From the NCBI GenBank assembly GCA_951406725.2, contig OX597832.1, positions 36,580,001 through 36,644,000 of the forward strand: a stretch of 64,000 nucleotides of DNA, written 5' to 3'. Positions 50,402 to 63,175 of this stretch are shown in pieces. The notes beneath the pieces are model-generated. The model made no database searches, was not told where the DNA came from, and saw only the letters and a list, made by a program, of their open reading frames with translations. The translations under genes were made by a program, and so were the position numbers. Positions within the stretch are counted from its first letter, which is position 1. Every line of letters starts with the position of its first letter. The DNA is from Octopus vulgaris. Lineage: Eukaryota.

Positions 50402-52631
50402 ATGATGATGATATATATATATATTGTTGGAACATTTGCTGTTAGAGCTAAATAGTGATGTCCTTATCACTAACCACTGAACCATGAGTGAGCTCACACA
50501 CACAGATAGAGAAATATTGAAACAGCTGTTTTTATAGCAGGGATGTTATCTCTCCCCACTCAACTGTAAAGTAGGATTGAGGCTTTGTATTCCTTTAGCT
50601 GGACAGAGCAGAGTTATGGACCTTGCTGAAGGGAGTCACTCATACACTGGCTGCAATAAGATCTGAACTGATGACCACAGCATCAAGAAGTTCAGTAAAT
50701 TAACCTTACAGCTACTGTGCCTATCTTAAAATTTCTCTGCAGATAAAAATGGCCATCCTGCTGCTACCCTTTTCCTACCCTTTCATTAAATGAAGGGATG
50801 TTATGAAGGATGAAGGTTGTTGCTGAGGAATACAACAGAAATGGCAGTTACATGTTGCAGACATTGCAGTTGACCATCTTAAACATAGTCTGTGCTGTAT
50901 ATATATACATATATATAAAAGACAGGATGTGACTATTTGGAGCATCTTTGGCCGTAGAGTTGTCCTGTGCCTAAACAACAGCAATACACTTAGGATGGTT
51001 TTCAATGGTCAACATATAAATAAACAACTCACTACTTTGCCTATTTGGTCATTTTATTTTGCCGTACACCTCATCAGTTTTCTTTTTATTCTGTTATTTG
51101 TTTTGGTCACTACTGAGGCCATGTTGTAGCACTTTAAAAGAGATAAAAGCAAAAAAACCCCACCCATTTCTAAATTAGTCATTTAGTTTATACTTATTGG
51201 TTATTTCCACTCTTTTTTCTTTCTTCCACATTTCTCATTAATGGAAACTCGTAAGCGCTATTTCATTTATCAGTCTTTCTTCTTTTTCAGTTCCCCTTTC
51301 TTCCTCCCGCTTCAGATGTTACAGCTTTAGTTTAACTAATTTGACCATCGTTAGGCACTACATAATTCCAGGCCTTTTTGTTACCTGTTCGTTAACGTAC
51401 CTGTCTTACATGAAACTTCCCTTTAATTAATAGCGCCTCAATGGTTTTTTTCTTTTCTCTTTCTCTCTCTTCTCGGTACTCCCCACCCTGGCTGGTAACA
51501 TCTTCCAGCTAAATTAACAACAACCCTGTTAACTCCCTATTCATTATACACAAATGATATTGTATAGTCTTGTGCACCATATATATCAGTAAGTGTGTGT
51601 ATGTATGTATGTATGTATGTGTATGTATGTTCCTCTGCATTTGTGATTTGTGCTGTCATTACTATCATCATTAGTATCATCCAACATGCTTTTTGGTTTG
51701 TTTTCCTTTGATGGCATTAATTGGAACAATTTCCAAAACCATCTTTCTTTCTTTCTCTCAATTGTCTGTTAGTTTGAACATAGCAAACAGTTAGTCTTCA
51801 CTGACCAAGCTCTGCTCTAGCTACCATTCACTACTGTTACTAGTCCGTACTGCCATCACCTACCGCTACACTAGTTACCATCACATGTCCATAACGCAAC
51901 CACCAACCTCTCTTCACTTCCTTTCACTAACATCACATGACCATACCATTGAAATTTGTGGGTGGTGCAGTTGGTGGTACCGCTGCATTGTCTTGCAGTT
52001 GACATGTGTGTGTGTGTATATTAAGTGCATATCTGTATATCTTATATGTGTTTGTGTTTATATATTCTGAAACTATCAATCAACTCTGTGATATTGCCAC
52101 ATCTAAAAACACCGCAGACCTACTCAAATCTTTGATGCAATATGTTGCAGATATGCATCTGCACATTTACCATATAATTACATCTAATTAGTGTGCGGTA
52201 GATTATGTGCAACACGGCTGCACTTTATTGTGATTGGCTCTGCTGCATGATGAAGCTAGCAGAGTAAAAAGACTCAATGTGCAGATACACAGTTGCAACA
52301 AACGATGCTGTTACATTCTCCATTCAACAATTCCAACCATCTTTGATTAATCTCATAGTTTTCTAATCACATTTTCTCAACTCAAAAAATTCCATCAACT
52401 TTCATTATCTTTATTGTCTGCATTGCTTTGTTATTGCTGGTAGTGGTGTTGTTGCTATTGTTGTTTCTGTTATTGTTTGTGTTGATTATTTATGGTGTAG
52501 TAATGGTGTTGTTGGTCATATTATTGCTGTTGGTGATGGTGGTAGTGGTGGTGTTGTTGGCGATGATGGTTGTGTTATTAAGGTATTGTTGTTATTAGTA
52601 ACGGTGTTATTGGTATTGTTAATTCCTGATC

Positions 52632-52948
52632 GTCATCATCATTTAGTGCCAGTTTTCCATGCTGGCATGGGGTCAGGTATCTTGACTGGAACTTGTAAGC
52701 CAGAGAGCTTGCACCCGGTTCCAGTCTGTCTTTACTTGGTTTCTATGGCTGGATGCCCTTCCTGACAGCAACCACTCCATAAAGTGTACTGGGTGCCATA
52801 AGCATGTCACTGGCATGGGTGCCTTTAATGTATCACCAGCACAGGTGCCTTTTATGTGTTACTGGCATGAGTGCCTCTAACGTGTCACCAGCATGGGTGC
52901 CTCTAACATGTCAGCAGCATGAGTGCCTTTTACGTGTCCCTGGCATGT
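52632..52948 (-). mobile_element. RTE 3' UTR fragment with its ~26-nt module expanded in tandem
   Basis: TCATCATCATTT...TTTTCCATGCTGGCATGG...GGCTGGATGCCCTTCC, then about 6 copies of GTGCCT(T/C)T.A.(G/A)TGTCAC..GCAT(G/A). Confidence 0.8.
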
Positions 52949-53226
52949 CATATCTAAGTAGATCTATTACTGTTGTTGGCATTATTACATGCAGTGGTGT
53001 GGTATTATTAATTTCAGTGGTGGTGGTGCTGTTGTTGTTGCTTTTGATGCTGTGCTAGACATTTGCATTCATTGAAAATGATATAAACCTGTCAGATGAC
53101 CAATCTGTCAAACACATTTAAGCAGATTAAAGCACTCTGAGTTTCGGTCAGTGTCACTTCTTGCATCTAACGAAATCAGATTATCAGAAGAATAAAAGAA
53201 GTAAAATCTCAAACTAAACAACAAAG

Positions 53227-53394
53227 ATGAAAATGTGCTCTTCAGACTCCCTCTTCCTCCTCCTCTGTAAAACCTCACCAGAGTATTTTAGTAATTTGAG
53301 ACTCAGTGAAAACAAGATGAGGAAAATAGTCTTGCTGGAAAAATTCTGGATTCTTCTGTGTAAAAATTTGTTAAATTGTGTGTTTGGGGTGGAG
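53227..53394 (+). CDS. Candidate alternative first coding exon (56 codons, ends phase 0)
   Basis: AAAG-ATG start in unique sequence, open frame, strong GAG|GTGAGT donor at 53395 exactly at a codon boundary. No homology recognised. Confidence 0.35.
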
Positions 53395-53612
53395 GTGAGT
53401 CTGTGTTCCTTTTATCTTATAGAATTGTGGTAAAAATGGTGAAACAACAAACAGTTTTTGGAATAATCAAGGTCTTTGTTCTGCCAATGCTCCATTTCAG
53501 CTTTTTGTTCATTTCTTCTGAGACACATTCAAAGACATTTTTTGCTGTTTATGTCATTTCCTTACTGTTTATCAACACACCACACACACACACACACATA
53601 GACACAACTATA

Positions 53613-53664
<52 letters not shown>

Positions 53665-55152
53665 CACAATTTATTGTAAATATAGATTTTGATTTTTCCT
53701 CTCATAATTTCCCTCTCTCCATGTTTTTGCATGTTCTTTCCCCCCCACCTTCTCCACCCACCTTCTCCAATGAAACGTCATTCTGATCTTCTCACCTCAC
53801 TGATAGAACATGATTTCTACTGATGGATGCCTTTTCTCTGCTGGAAATCAATATAGTTCCATGTAATTTTACTATTTGGACAGTTATACTCACACACACT
53901 TAGATATCTAAGCCAAACACTTTCTTCAAACCATGTCTCTCTCTCACACATCTTAGTCTTTCTGTATCTCTCTCTGTCTCACACACATCTTAGTCTCTCT
54001 CTCTCTCTCTCTCTCTCTCACATGCACACTTCTCTTTCTTCTTCGTCTCTGTCCTCATATCATCTTCTCTATTTGTCCTCTCTTTGTCTTCTATACCATC
54101 TGGTTATTTGGTCTGTTGATCATAACCTCATCAATATTGCCAATGGAAGCTAACTTCTATGGATATTCTTATGATATATTCTAAGTTTATGGTTAATATT
54201 AAGCTTTAGGCCATAGTGTAGCTGTAAGGCTCAGTTTACAGCCCTTCTAGTGTATTTGTAAGGCCCAGCTTTTTCGTTTTTTTCTTATTCCTTCCTATGA
54301 CTCTTAGCTAGTTTGAGGTAAACATGTCTGTGGCAGACAGAAATGAAAATCTGTTGATGCAACTTTCATAGTTTCAGTTTTATTGCAGAGATGAAATGTC
54401 GAACCTGTGAATATTTCCAGTTTTGGAAGGTTTTGAATGTCCACTGTTCTATATTCAAATGAATGAAAGCTGTATGTCCCCTGGATAGTCAGCAGGTGTA
54501 TTCCAGCTAACATCATTCCCACTTGGTTTGGTACCTGTACATGATACATCTAAGTGAATTGGTACAATGTAAATCCCATAGTGTTACACACAGTCCTTCT
54601 AGCTGCAAAGAAGTACCATGAGGGGATACAGGCCTCTCTGTGAAGAAAAGGGACACATTGTGATTGGCCAGTGATTCATTAGCTTTTTGCATTGGGGTCT
54701 CATTCTCTCAAAGGTAAAGCCTGGGACAGGTGGTCCTTTGGGGGCATCTCTCACCCACTTTAAATTTTAGAACATTGCAACACTTTTCTGCAAAATAAAT
54801 AAATGAATAAAACATGCAAATAGGTAAAAAACATTTTAAGGGTCCATCAGCTCACTGAAAAATAGGGGTATAATTGGTCAAGAAAAGCTAAATATACCAT
54901 GAAAGGATTATCTTTCACTATAACTATTTACCTGTTGATAGTGTCCATGAATCCTGTTGTACAGTAACTGTTATTGGAAATTCCATCTCCAATTAACAAG
55001 ACTTGGTTTCAAGGAATCTATTTTCAGAATCATTCCCAGTAACAGAAACCTTTTATACCTATTGGAAATACCTTACTGATTCACTGGAATAGATTGCATT
55101 TCTTTCTTGTTACCTTTTTTTTTTAATTCATGGAAAGCATGTTATTTATTTC

Positions 55153-55188
<36 letters not shown>

Positions 55189-55209
55189 ATGTGTGTGTAT
55201 ATGTGTGTG

Positions 55210-55246
<37 letters not shown>

Positions 55247-55311
55247 GTATATATGTATGTATATATATATATATGCGTGTGTGTGTAGGTAGGTATGTAT
55301 ATACATATATA

Positions 55312-55351
<40 letters not shown>

Positions 55352-55373
55352 TGAGTGTGTGTGTGTAGGTATG

Positions 55374-55404
<31 letters not shown>

Positions 55405-55426
55405 CTGTAGGTATGTATATGTGTTT

Positions 55427-56357
55427 ATCATCATTTAACATCTGTTTTCCATGCTGGCATGGGTTGGACAGTTTGACTGAAGACTGTTGAGCCAGATGGC
55501 TGTACCAGGCTCCAATCTGATCTGGCAGTGTTTCTACAGCTGGATGCCCTTCCTAATCCCAACCACTCCGAGAGTGTAGTGGGTGCTTTTACGTGCCACC
55601 GGCACGAGACCCAGTCAGGTAGTACTGGCTATAGCCATGCTCAAATGGTGTTTTTTACATGCCACCTACATAGGCACTCTCACTCAGAGTAAATGGTAGA
55701 CTGTATGATGCATGTGTAGAAACAGCCATGCTACATGGTAGTGAAACATGGGCCGTGACTGCTGAGGACATTCATAAGCTTGCAAGAAATGAAGACCATA
55801 ACCCATGGTATATTCCAGGGATGTAACCAGCCCACTTATGCATACCTTTCCTTCATTGGACACTAAATTCTGCTTGCGAAGACCTGTTGAAGGAAGTGAA
55901 ATCGAAATCAAAATCAAATTTGATGACTGGCATCCGTGCTAGTGGAACGCTAAGAACACCATCTGAGTGTTATCATTGCCAGAGCATCTGACTGGCTTCC
56001 GTGCTGGTGGCATGTAAAAAGCACCATTCGAGCAAAATCATTACCAGCGTCACCTTACTGGCACTTGTGCCGGTTGGACATTAAAAATATTCGGCTGAGG
56101 TCATTGCAAGTGCCACTATACTGGCTACTGTGTAGTTGGCATGTAAAAAACACCATTTCGAGCATGGCTGTTGCCAGTACCACGTAAAAGCACCCACTAC
56201 ACTCTGAGTGGTTGGCATACGGAAGGGCATCCAGCTGTAAAAACACTGCCAGATCAGATTGGAGCCTGGTGCAGCCATCTGGTTCACCAGTCCTCAGTCA
56301 AATCGTCCAACCCATGCCAGCATGGAAAGCGGATGTCAAACGATGATGATGATGATG
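55427..56357. mobile_element. Fold-back RTE composite: minus 3' UTR (55427-55676) plus an internally deleted plus-strand RTE (55677-56357)
   Basis: 55677-55794 encodes LSLRVNGRLYDACVETAMLHGSETWAVTAEDIHKLARNE (cf. 22305-22420). Both ends carry outward-facing (GAT)n tails and are flanked by (TA)/(TG) microsatellites. Confidence 0.9.
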
Positions 56358-57166
56358 TGTGTAAGCATGTATGTGTGTATATATGTATATATATATATGT
56401 TGGTATGTATATGTGTGTGTGTATATATATATATATATGTGTGTGTGTGTTTATATATATATATATATATAGGTGTGTGTGTGTTTATATATATGTAGGT
56501 ATGTATATATGTGTGTGTGTGTGTGTATATATGTGGGTATGTATATGTAGGTATACATATAGGTGTGTTTGTATGTTTGTGTATATATATGTGTGCATAT
56601 GTATCTATATATATATATATATATATAATGTGTGTGTAGTTGTGTGTCTATATATGTAGGGGTTTGTATATATGAATGTATATACACTTGTGTGTGTATG
56701 TATTCTTTTGTTTCATTCACTTGACTATGGTCGTGTGTGTGGGTAGGGAGATGTGTATATGTCTGTGGGGATGTGTATATGTATGTATACATACATACAT
56801 ACATACATACACACATCTCCACATGCATATATATCTATTCCTTCTCAGCTAAATTTCGATATTGGTGAAAGTCTTGAAATATCTAAATTGATTCATACCA
56901 TTCTCTGTTATTGTGTTTGCAAGAACAATTAACTACAATAAGTTTAGATTTTTGTATTTGCTATATTTGTAGGTTTTTTTTTTGTTTTATTTTCCTCCGT
57001 CTTACCTGCTGAAACATACCAAATTTACCAAAGGGCTGTCGAGAAGAATAACAACGATTCTTTACTGTTAGGTTTTTAAAGAATTACGTTTCCAACTGCC
57101 TCCATTATTCCCCAGTGTACTTACAGGACAATTCCATTAATGTCGAATGTCTATGTATGAACGTAT

Positions 57167-57196
57167 ATGTGCATGTTTGTGCGTTTTTTGTTTTGC

Positions 57197-57237
<41 letters not shown>

Positions 57238-57289
57238 CCCCTTCTCCTCTGAAAGAAATCTGCATAGATTCTGGAATAGGCGTGCAGCA
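57167..57289 (+). CDS. Weak candidate alternative first exon (41 codons, ends phase 0)
   Basis: ATG frame MCMFVRFLFCG(VC)n LFPFSSERNLHRFWNRRAA ends at GCA|GTGAGT (57290). It spans a (TG)n tract, which argues against coding. Confidence 0.2.
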
Positions 57290-57724
57290 GTGAGTATTGA
57301 CAACAGTCGGTGCATGAGGGGGAGGTGCCTTGTTAAATGGAACACTGCACGAACACTTAAAACATACAATTCCAAAGCTCCTGAATATGTTAACAATGTT
57401 TTTATATTTATATTTCTTCTTCATTTAAACTGACATTCTGTTGGAACGGAAGCACCAGTTCTTTCTGCTAAACTGTTGCCTGCTTTTCCTCTCTTATCAT
57501 CATCACTCTTCCTTGTTCTGGTATCCCAACTTTATCATTTTTTTTATGCCAACAGGGGTTAATCTACCATTCTGATGCAGCAAATCTCGCCAAATGTTTT
57601 TGTGGTGATTTTGGTTGGGTTTTCTTACATTCACAGAGGGACAATGTTGTTATATCATTTCTTATGTCAGCCCAAAACCTAAAGAGAAGAGGAATATTTG
57701 TGTATTCATGGCTTTCCAAAGAAT

Positions 57725-57801
57725 AATTGCAATGCAAGTGAGGGGAAATGGCTTCAACAGAACCCTGTTGAAAGCCATTTCCCCTCACTTGCATTGCAAT
57801 T
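57725..57801. other. Near-perfect 77-nt hairpin (pre-miRNA-sized)
   Basis: AATTGCAATGCAAGTGAGGGGAAATGGCTTCAACAG-AACC-CTGTTGAAAGCCATTTCCCCTCACTTGCATTGCAATT: 36 bp, one bulged A, 4-nt loop. Confidence 0.9.
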
Positions 57802-57919
57802 TAGCGCTTGAAAATCTCAACATTTTCAACTATGCATTAGCATAGGGCTAAGTAGCAAGGACGGTGGTTGAAGGTTGGTCTCCAGCATATTACTGGTACT
57901 TTACTTCATTGACTCAGGA

Positions 57920-58562
57920 GGCACAGACATGGCTTTGTGATTGAGAGGTTTGTTTCCCATCCACAGAGTTTTAGGTTCAGGCAAGTGTCTTCCACTTTGT
58001 CCCCAAGCCAACAAAAGCATCGGGAGTGGATTTGGTTGACAGGAACTAAAAGCCTGGTGTGATTAAGCATGTGTGTGTGTGTGTGTGTACATGCACATAC
58101 ATTTGTGTGTGTCTTAATCATGCAGTGCAGCTGTAAAGGTATATAACTATAAGCAGTGTCATTCATTTCTAATCCTCCGTGAAAACCTGTCGGGCCAGAA
58201 ATATCAGCTTACTTGGAAACAGGTGGTACTTGGTCTCAAGGAAGGCATTCAACTGTAGGAAATCTTCCTCAGTAAATTCCATCTGACCCATGCAAAGCTT
58301 ACTTCCCAACCACATGGTTCTGGGTTCAGTCACACTTTGAGGAACATTGGATCAATGTCGTCTACTATAGCCTGAGGCCAATCAAAGTGTTGTAAGTGGA
58401 TTTAGTAGCTTAGCAGTTCAACAAAAGAGATCAATGAAATAAGTACCAAGCTTTAAAAAAGAAAGAAACTACTGGAGTTGATTCATTTGACTAAACTTTC
58501 TTCAAGGCAGTGCCCCAGCATGGCCACAGTTTAATGACCGAAACAAATAAAAGATAAAAGAT
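57920..58562 (+). mobile_element. Two adjacent partial SINE copies of family A or a related family
   Basis: GGCAAGTGTCTTC...GAGTGGATTTGGT (57980-58040), then CTTCCCAACCACATGGTTCTGGGTTCAGTC...GCAGTGCCCCAGCATGGCCACAG...AAAAGATAAAAGA. Confidence 0.75.
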
Positions 58563-58845
58563 TGATAATGTTAACAATGATGGGAGGTGAGTGTTGGTGG
58601 TGGCAGCTCTAGAAGTACTGGAATATAGAATGGGTAACAGAATGGGTAACTGAAAAGTGCCTGGTATTGTTTCTCTGATGCTCGACCAGTTCTACCATCC
58701 ACCCCACTGATACTCTACCAATACTGTCCTCATTCATTAATATCAACACTGTGTGGGGAAATTGTGCCTCAGCAATAAAGTTGTCTTTCTTTAAATTTTT
58801 GTTTTGAAAGCAAAGGAATATTATTCCAATCTTTGTTCATTTGTG

Positions 58846-58886
<41 letters not shown>

Positions 58887-60989
58887 GTTTGTCTCTCTCT
58901 CTCTCTCTCTCTCTCAATTTGTGGCTGACTTTTATCTAGCTATCAATTTCTCTTGGCTGTTAAATTTAAAATATATCAAATGATATTTTAAAATTAACTT
59001 CCTTTTTCTAAATTTTCATTGATATGTTTTGATATAACATTTATTTAATGTCTTGCTGTGCTTCTTCACAAAATTCTCTTTGATTCTTTCGAGATAAGGT
59101 CTCCCCTCTGGACTACTTTTCATTATAAGGTCAACTGTAGTAAATAGAACTTCCCTTGTTATATATAAAGTGTCTTCTGTTTAGCTGCCTTTTATGGTAA
59201 TATATCATATCAATGCAAGCTTGGACCCAGATCACTGGTCACCAGTTGCCTTGGTCCAGTTCGACATTAGATTCATACTCTGTCTGTTAGTATATTTATA
59301 TGTGTGTACTGGGGGTGGGGTTGTTGTAGCAGCCCATTCTACATCAAATTCGTCACACATAAAATATCCAGTGGCCATCTTCCTTTGCCACAACCATTTT
59401 CTTCTCAGATATTTTATTGATGTCTTAGAAACCCTAAAATTCTTCAGTATCTCCCTAAATCCTCCCTATTGTATTCCATACACAAAACATGTCGGCATTT
59501 GCTTCTAGATTGTTTTTAATTAGATTTTCTCTTAGATTCCCCCCTGTGTGTGTTTGTTCACGTCTGAGCCATTCATTGTCGGTAGAATTCAAGTAGAATG
59601 AGAACTTACTGGCAATGTATGCTCTCATTCATATTTCATTATGGACATTGTTTAGGTTTGGCAGAGAAAATTCATTCCATTAATGAAAGATTTCTAAATT
59701 GTCTGTAAACTTTAATGTTTTACAATGCTAAAAGCACCACCATTATCTCTCTTGTTCTAATCAAGCAAAATTCATAATTGAAATTATATTTAGGTCAAGG
59801 ATTTTTGTTGTTATTTTTTTCTTGTCCAGTTTGCTGCAGCTGTTGAGGTGAGGAGGGGGGGTATAACAAAGCTGCAGTGGTGGTGGTGGTGGTGGGGGAG
59901 TATAATGAACTTAATACTAAAATTAAGTATTAATTTCAACTATAAATGAATTGCAACATGAACTTATAACATTCTTCAACAACAAATGTGCAATGAAGCA
60001 TGCTTCATTCAGGTAGCCTGAGATACTAGCTTTTGTAAGTAGCTCTGAAGCTGCTTTAATCTGATAGCAGTATTCTTATACAGGAAGAATGGTGAAGCCC
60101 ACTCCGTTAAGCTTGAGTAGGTCTCTTGTTAAGTATGTCTTCTGTAGTCACTGTTTCTCACTCTGTATTTTTACTAAGATTTTTCAGTCTTTTCTGATCA
60201 ATATCTCTCGTTTTCATAGATTCAGTGTAGTGTTTTTGTTGTTTTTCCTTTTGCTTCTTTCAATCAATTTTCATTCTTTTCTTCTTACTGACATTTCAAA
60301 GCTAATGCCTGAGGAGCCTTCAAGGTAGTGAGGAAACCAACAAAACCTATACAAGATCCTTAAAATTTAGATGAATGATTTGTCACAACTGTTTTAGAAA
60401 TAAATATTTTAATACTGAAATTTTCTGCTATGAGAAACATCCACAAAAAGAAGAGGCCTCAATTAAAATGAAAAGGTTTGACTCCTGAACTAAAATAAAA
60501 ACAATGTTTAATATATTTTGTTCTGTAAAAGAGCACATTTTAGAATTGTTCTTTTTCTTTTTTCTTTCTGTATAAACTTTAAAAAATTTTTTTTATTGTT
60601 TTTCTATGTTTAACTGAAATTCCACTAATAGTGAACTAAGAAAAAAAAAGCCATTAGACTGAAAAGTACTTTCTGTTAGCAGCAGCTATTTCTAAAGAAT
60701 ATTTCTCTTGAATTTTGAGGAAATCCTGTAAAACATTAAGTTTATTATTTTGGTTAAAAAAAATAAATAAATAAAAACTGATGTCAAGATTAAAATAAAA
60801 AAGAATATTCCCTGTTTAAACTTGTTAAAGATCTAAAAAATGACAGCCAAAGCTGTAAATTTTGAAATCAATTCTTCCTGGTTCAGTGGAGGAAATATAT
60901 TTTTCTTATGTATTCTTGGAGATATATTTTTAACAAGACTGCATTGTTACCTTCATTGTTTGAATTGCTCTGAGAAATTTTGTCTACAG

Positions 60990-61225
60990 AGTATACTACT
61001 GTCAAATATATACAGTATATCACTGTATGTGCTGTGTATTATTATAGATAACTTGTAGCTGTCTAATATGGACCATGTACTACTTCATATATAGAGTATT
61101 ACTGTTTATATAGTATATTGTTGTATAGAGCGTATTTGTCTGTATTAAGTGCATTGCTGTGTATACAGTGTATGGCTGTGTATGCAGTGTTTGGCTGTGT
61201 ATTGCTGTATACACAGTGTATGACT
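60990..61225. repeat. Degenerate ~20-nt minisatellite (ATACAGTGTAT.GCTGT.T)
   Basis: Recurring self-complementary ACAGTGTAT/ACTGTAT units. Confidence 0.55.
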
Positions 61226-61230
61226 ATATT

Positions 61231-61441
61231 GCTTTCAAGTTTTGGCACAAGGTCAGCAATTTCAGGGCTGAGACAAGTCGATTAGATTGACCCCAGTGCT
61301 CAACTGGTGCTTATTTTATCAACCCTGAAAGGGTGAAAGGCAAACTAGACATCAGCAGAATTTGAACTCAGAACATAGACAGGCAAAAGGCTTAGCAGCA
61401 TTTTGCCTGGCATGCTAATGATTCTGCCAGCCTGTTGCCTT
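61231..61441 (-). mobile_element. SINE family B
   Basis: TTTCAAGTTTTGGCACAAGG...CAACTGGTGCTTATTTTATC...GAAAGGCAAA...GAATTTGAACTCAGAAC...GATTCTGCCAGC. Confidence 0.85.
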
Positions 61442-61581
61442 ACTATATGTAGTATGTTGTCGTATAATATATACACTGTATTATTTGTCTAATTATATAC
61501 ACTGTATTACTCTCTAGACATTCTAAGCCATGTAACGTCTTGCTACCTAACTCAGACTGTGCTAAAATAAGTATCAAACAT

Positions 61582-61988
61582 TTACTCTTTTACTTGTTTC
61601 AGTCATTTGACTGTAGCCATGCTGGAGCACCGCCTTTAGTCGAGCAAATTGACCCCAGGACTTATTCTTTGTAAGCCTAGTACTTATTCTATCAGTCTAT
61701 TTTGCCGAACCACTAAGTTATGGGGACCTAAACACACCAACATCAGTTGTCAAGTAATGTTGGGAGAACAAACATATACACACACAAACATATACACACA
61801 CATACATACATATATATACATACACACATATATACGATGGGCTTCTTTCAGTTTCTTTCTACCAAATCCACTCACAAGGCTTTGGTCCGCTGAGGCTATG
61901 GTAGAAAACATTTGCCCAAGGTGCCACACAGTGGGACTGAACCCGGAACCATGTGGTTCATAAGCAAGCTACTTGCCACACAGCCACT
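61582..61988 (-). mobile_element. SINE family A, full length
   Basis: TTACTCTTTTACTTGTTTCAGTCATTTGACTG..GCCATGCTGGAGCACCGCCTTTAGTCGAGC...TTGCCCAAGGTGCCAC...GGGACTGAACCCGGAACC. Confidence 0.9.
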
Positions 61989-62197
61989 AAGTGTACTGTT
62001 GCTTTAATGGCAAGGAATACTGTGGTGGTTGGAGTGGCTGTGGCAGGGATGCGTACTGTAGTAATCATGATAGTTAAATTTATTTTCAAAGTTGCTGTTC
62101 CTACTATTACTACTACCATTATTACCCCTATGGCAAATGAAAAAATATTTACTATTATTAGTATTATTATTATTATTATTACCATCATCATCATCAT

Positions 62198-62410
62198 GGG
62201 GGCAAGCTGGCAGGATCGTTAGCATGCTGAGTGAAATGCCTCATAGCATTTCTTCTGGTTCTATGTTTTGTGTTCAAATCTGCCGAAGTCAACTTTGCCT
62301 TTCATCCTTTTAGAATCAATGAAATAAGTACCAGTTGTGCACTGGGGTCAATGTAATTGACTAGCCCCCTTCCCCCCAAATTTTCAAGGCCTTGTGCCTA
62401 GAGTAGAAAT
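62198..62410 (+). mobile_element. SINE family B
   Basis: GGCAAGCTGGCAGGATCGTTAGC...GTCAACTTTGCCTTTCATCCTTT...AAATAAGTACCAG, preceded by an (ATT)n/(CAT)n tract. Confidence 0.85.
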
Positions 62411-63175
62411 AATAATTGTTATTATTATTAATTATCTTCTGTTTCCTACCATTCTTTATAACATCGGATCAAATGGAAGTTTTTTTCTTAATTTTCTTAT
62501 TTTGTAAACCTTTTTATTCGTATATTTTTTTAAGGTTTTCCTTTTTACTTTGTGCCATTTGCTAATAGAAGATGGAAGAAAACCAGCATTACGTTCTTGA
62601 TTCTTTCAAATATTTCAATATATATTTAGAACATTACTGTCTTGGAACACTGCAAAAAATAAAGAATTCCAATTTTGGTGAAATACATGGTTTTACATTC
62701 CTTCTGCAATTTGTAAAACTTTCTCTGATAGTATATGATCCCAAGACCAAATGCATCAGCTTAATTTACTTTGATCTGTCCACACAGGTCTACTCGCTTC
62801 TGTTCTGGGTTTTTTACATCAGATTCATTTGGAAATGGTTTTTTTTCTTTTAGTTGATTCTGTTTCTCTAACTTTGATAAACTGTAATTCAGTAACAGAT
62901 GTAACAAAATCTTCATGAATTACTTTTATAACCTGAAGGGATATTTTTTTAAAGTATAACAACAATGTACAAGTTTGCATCTCTTGAAAACCCAATGTGT
63001 GAGTAATATATGTAATGTTGATCAGTTTATGGTTGCACAAAAGTACTTGCTTCATTCATCTGTACACACGTAACTGGTACTCCATCTGGTACAGCAATGA
63101 GGGTTCCAGATGATCCACTCAGCAGAACAGCATGCTCATGAAATTCATGAGCACTCCACAGACACGCACATACCC

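Noticed and set aside
52793-52948. CRISPR-like periodic repeats (also 11322-11570 and 15735-15985)
   Set aside because: The units are adjacent and degenerate with no unique spacers, there are no cas genes, and the context is eukaryotic. They are minisatellites.
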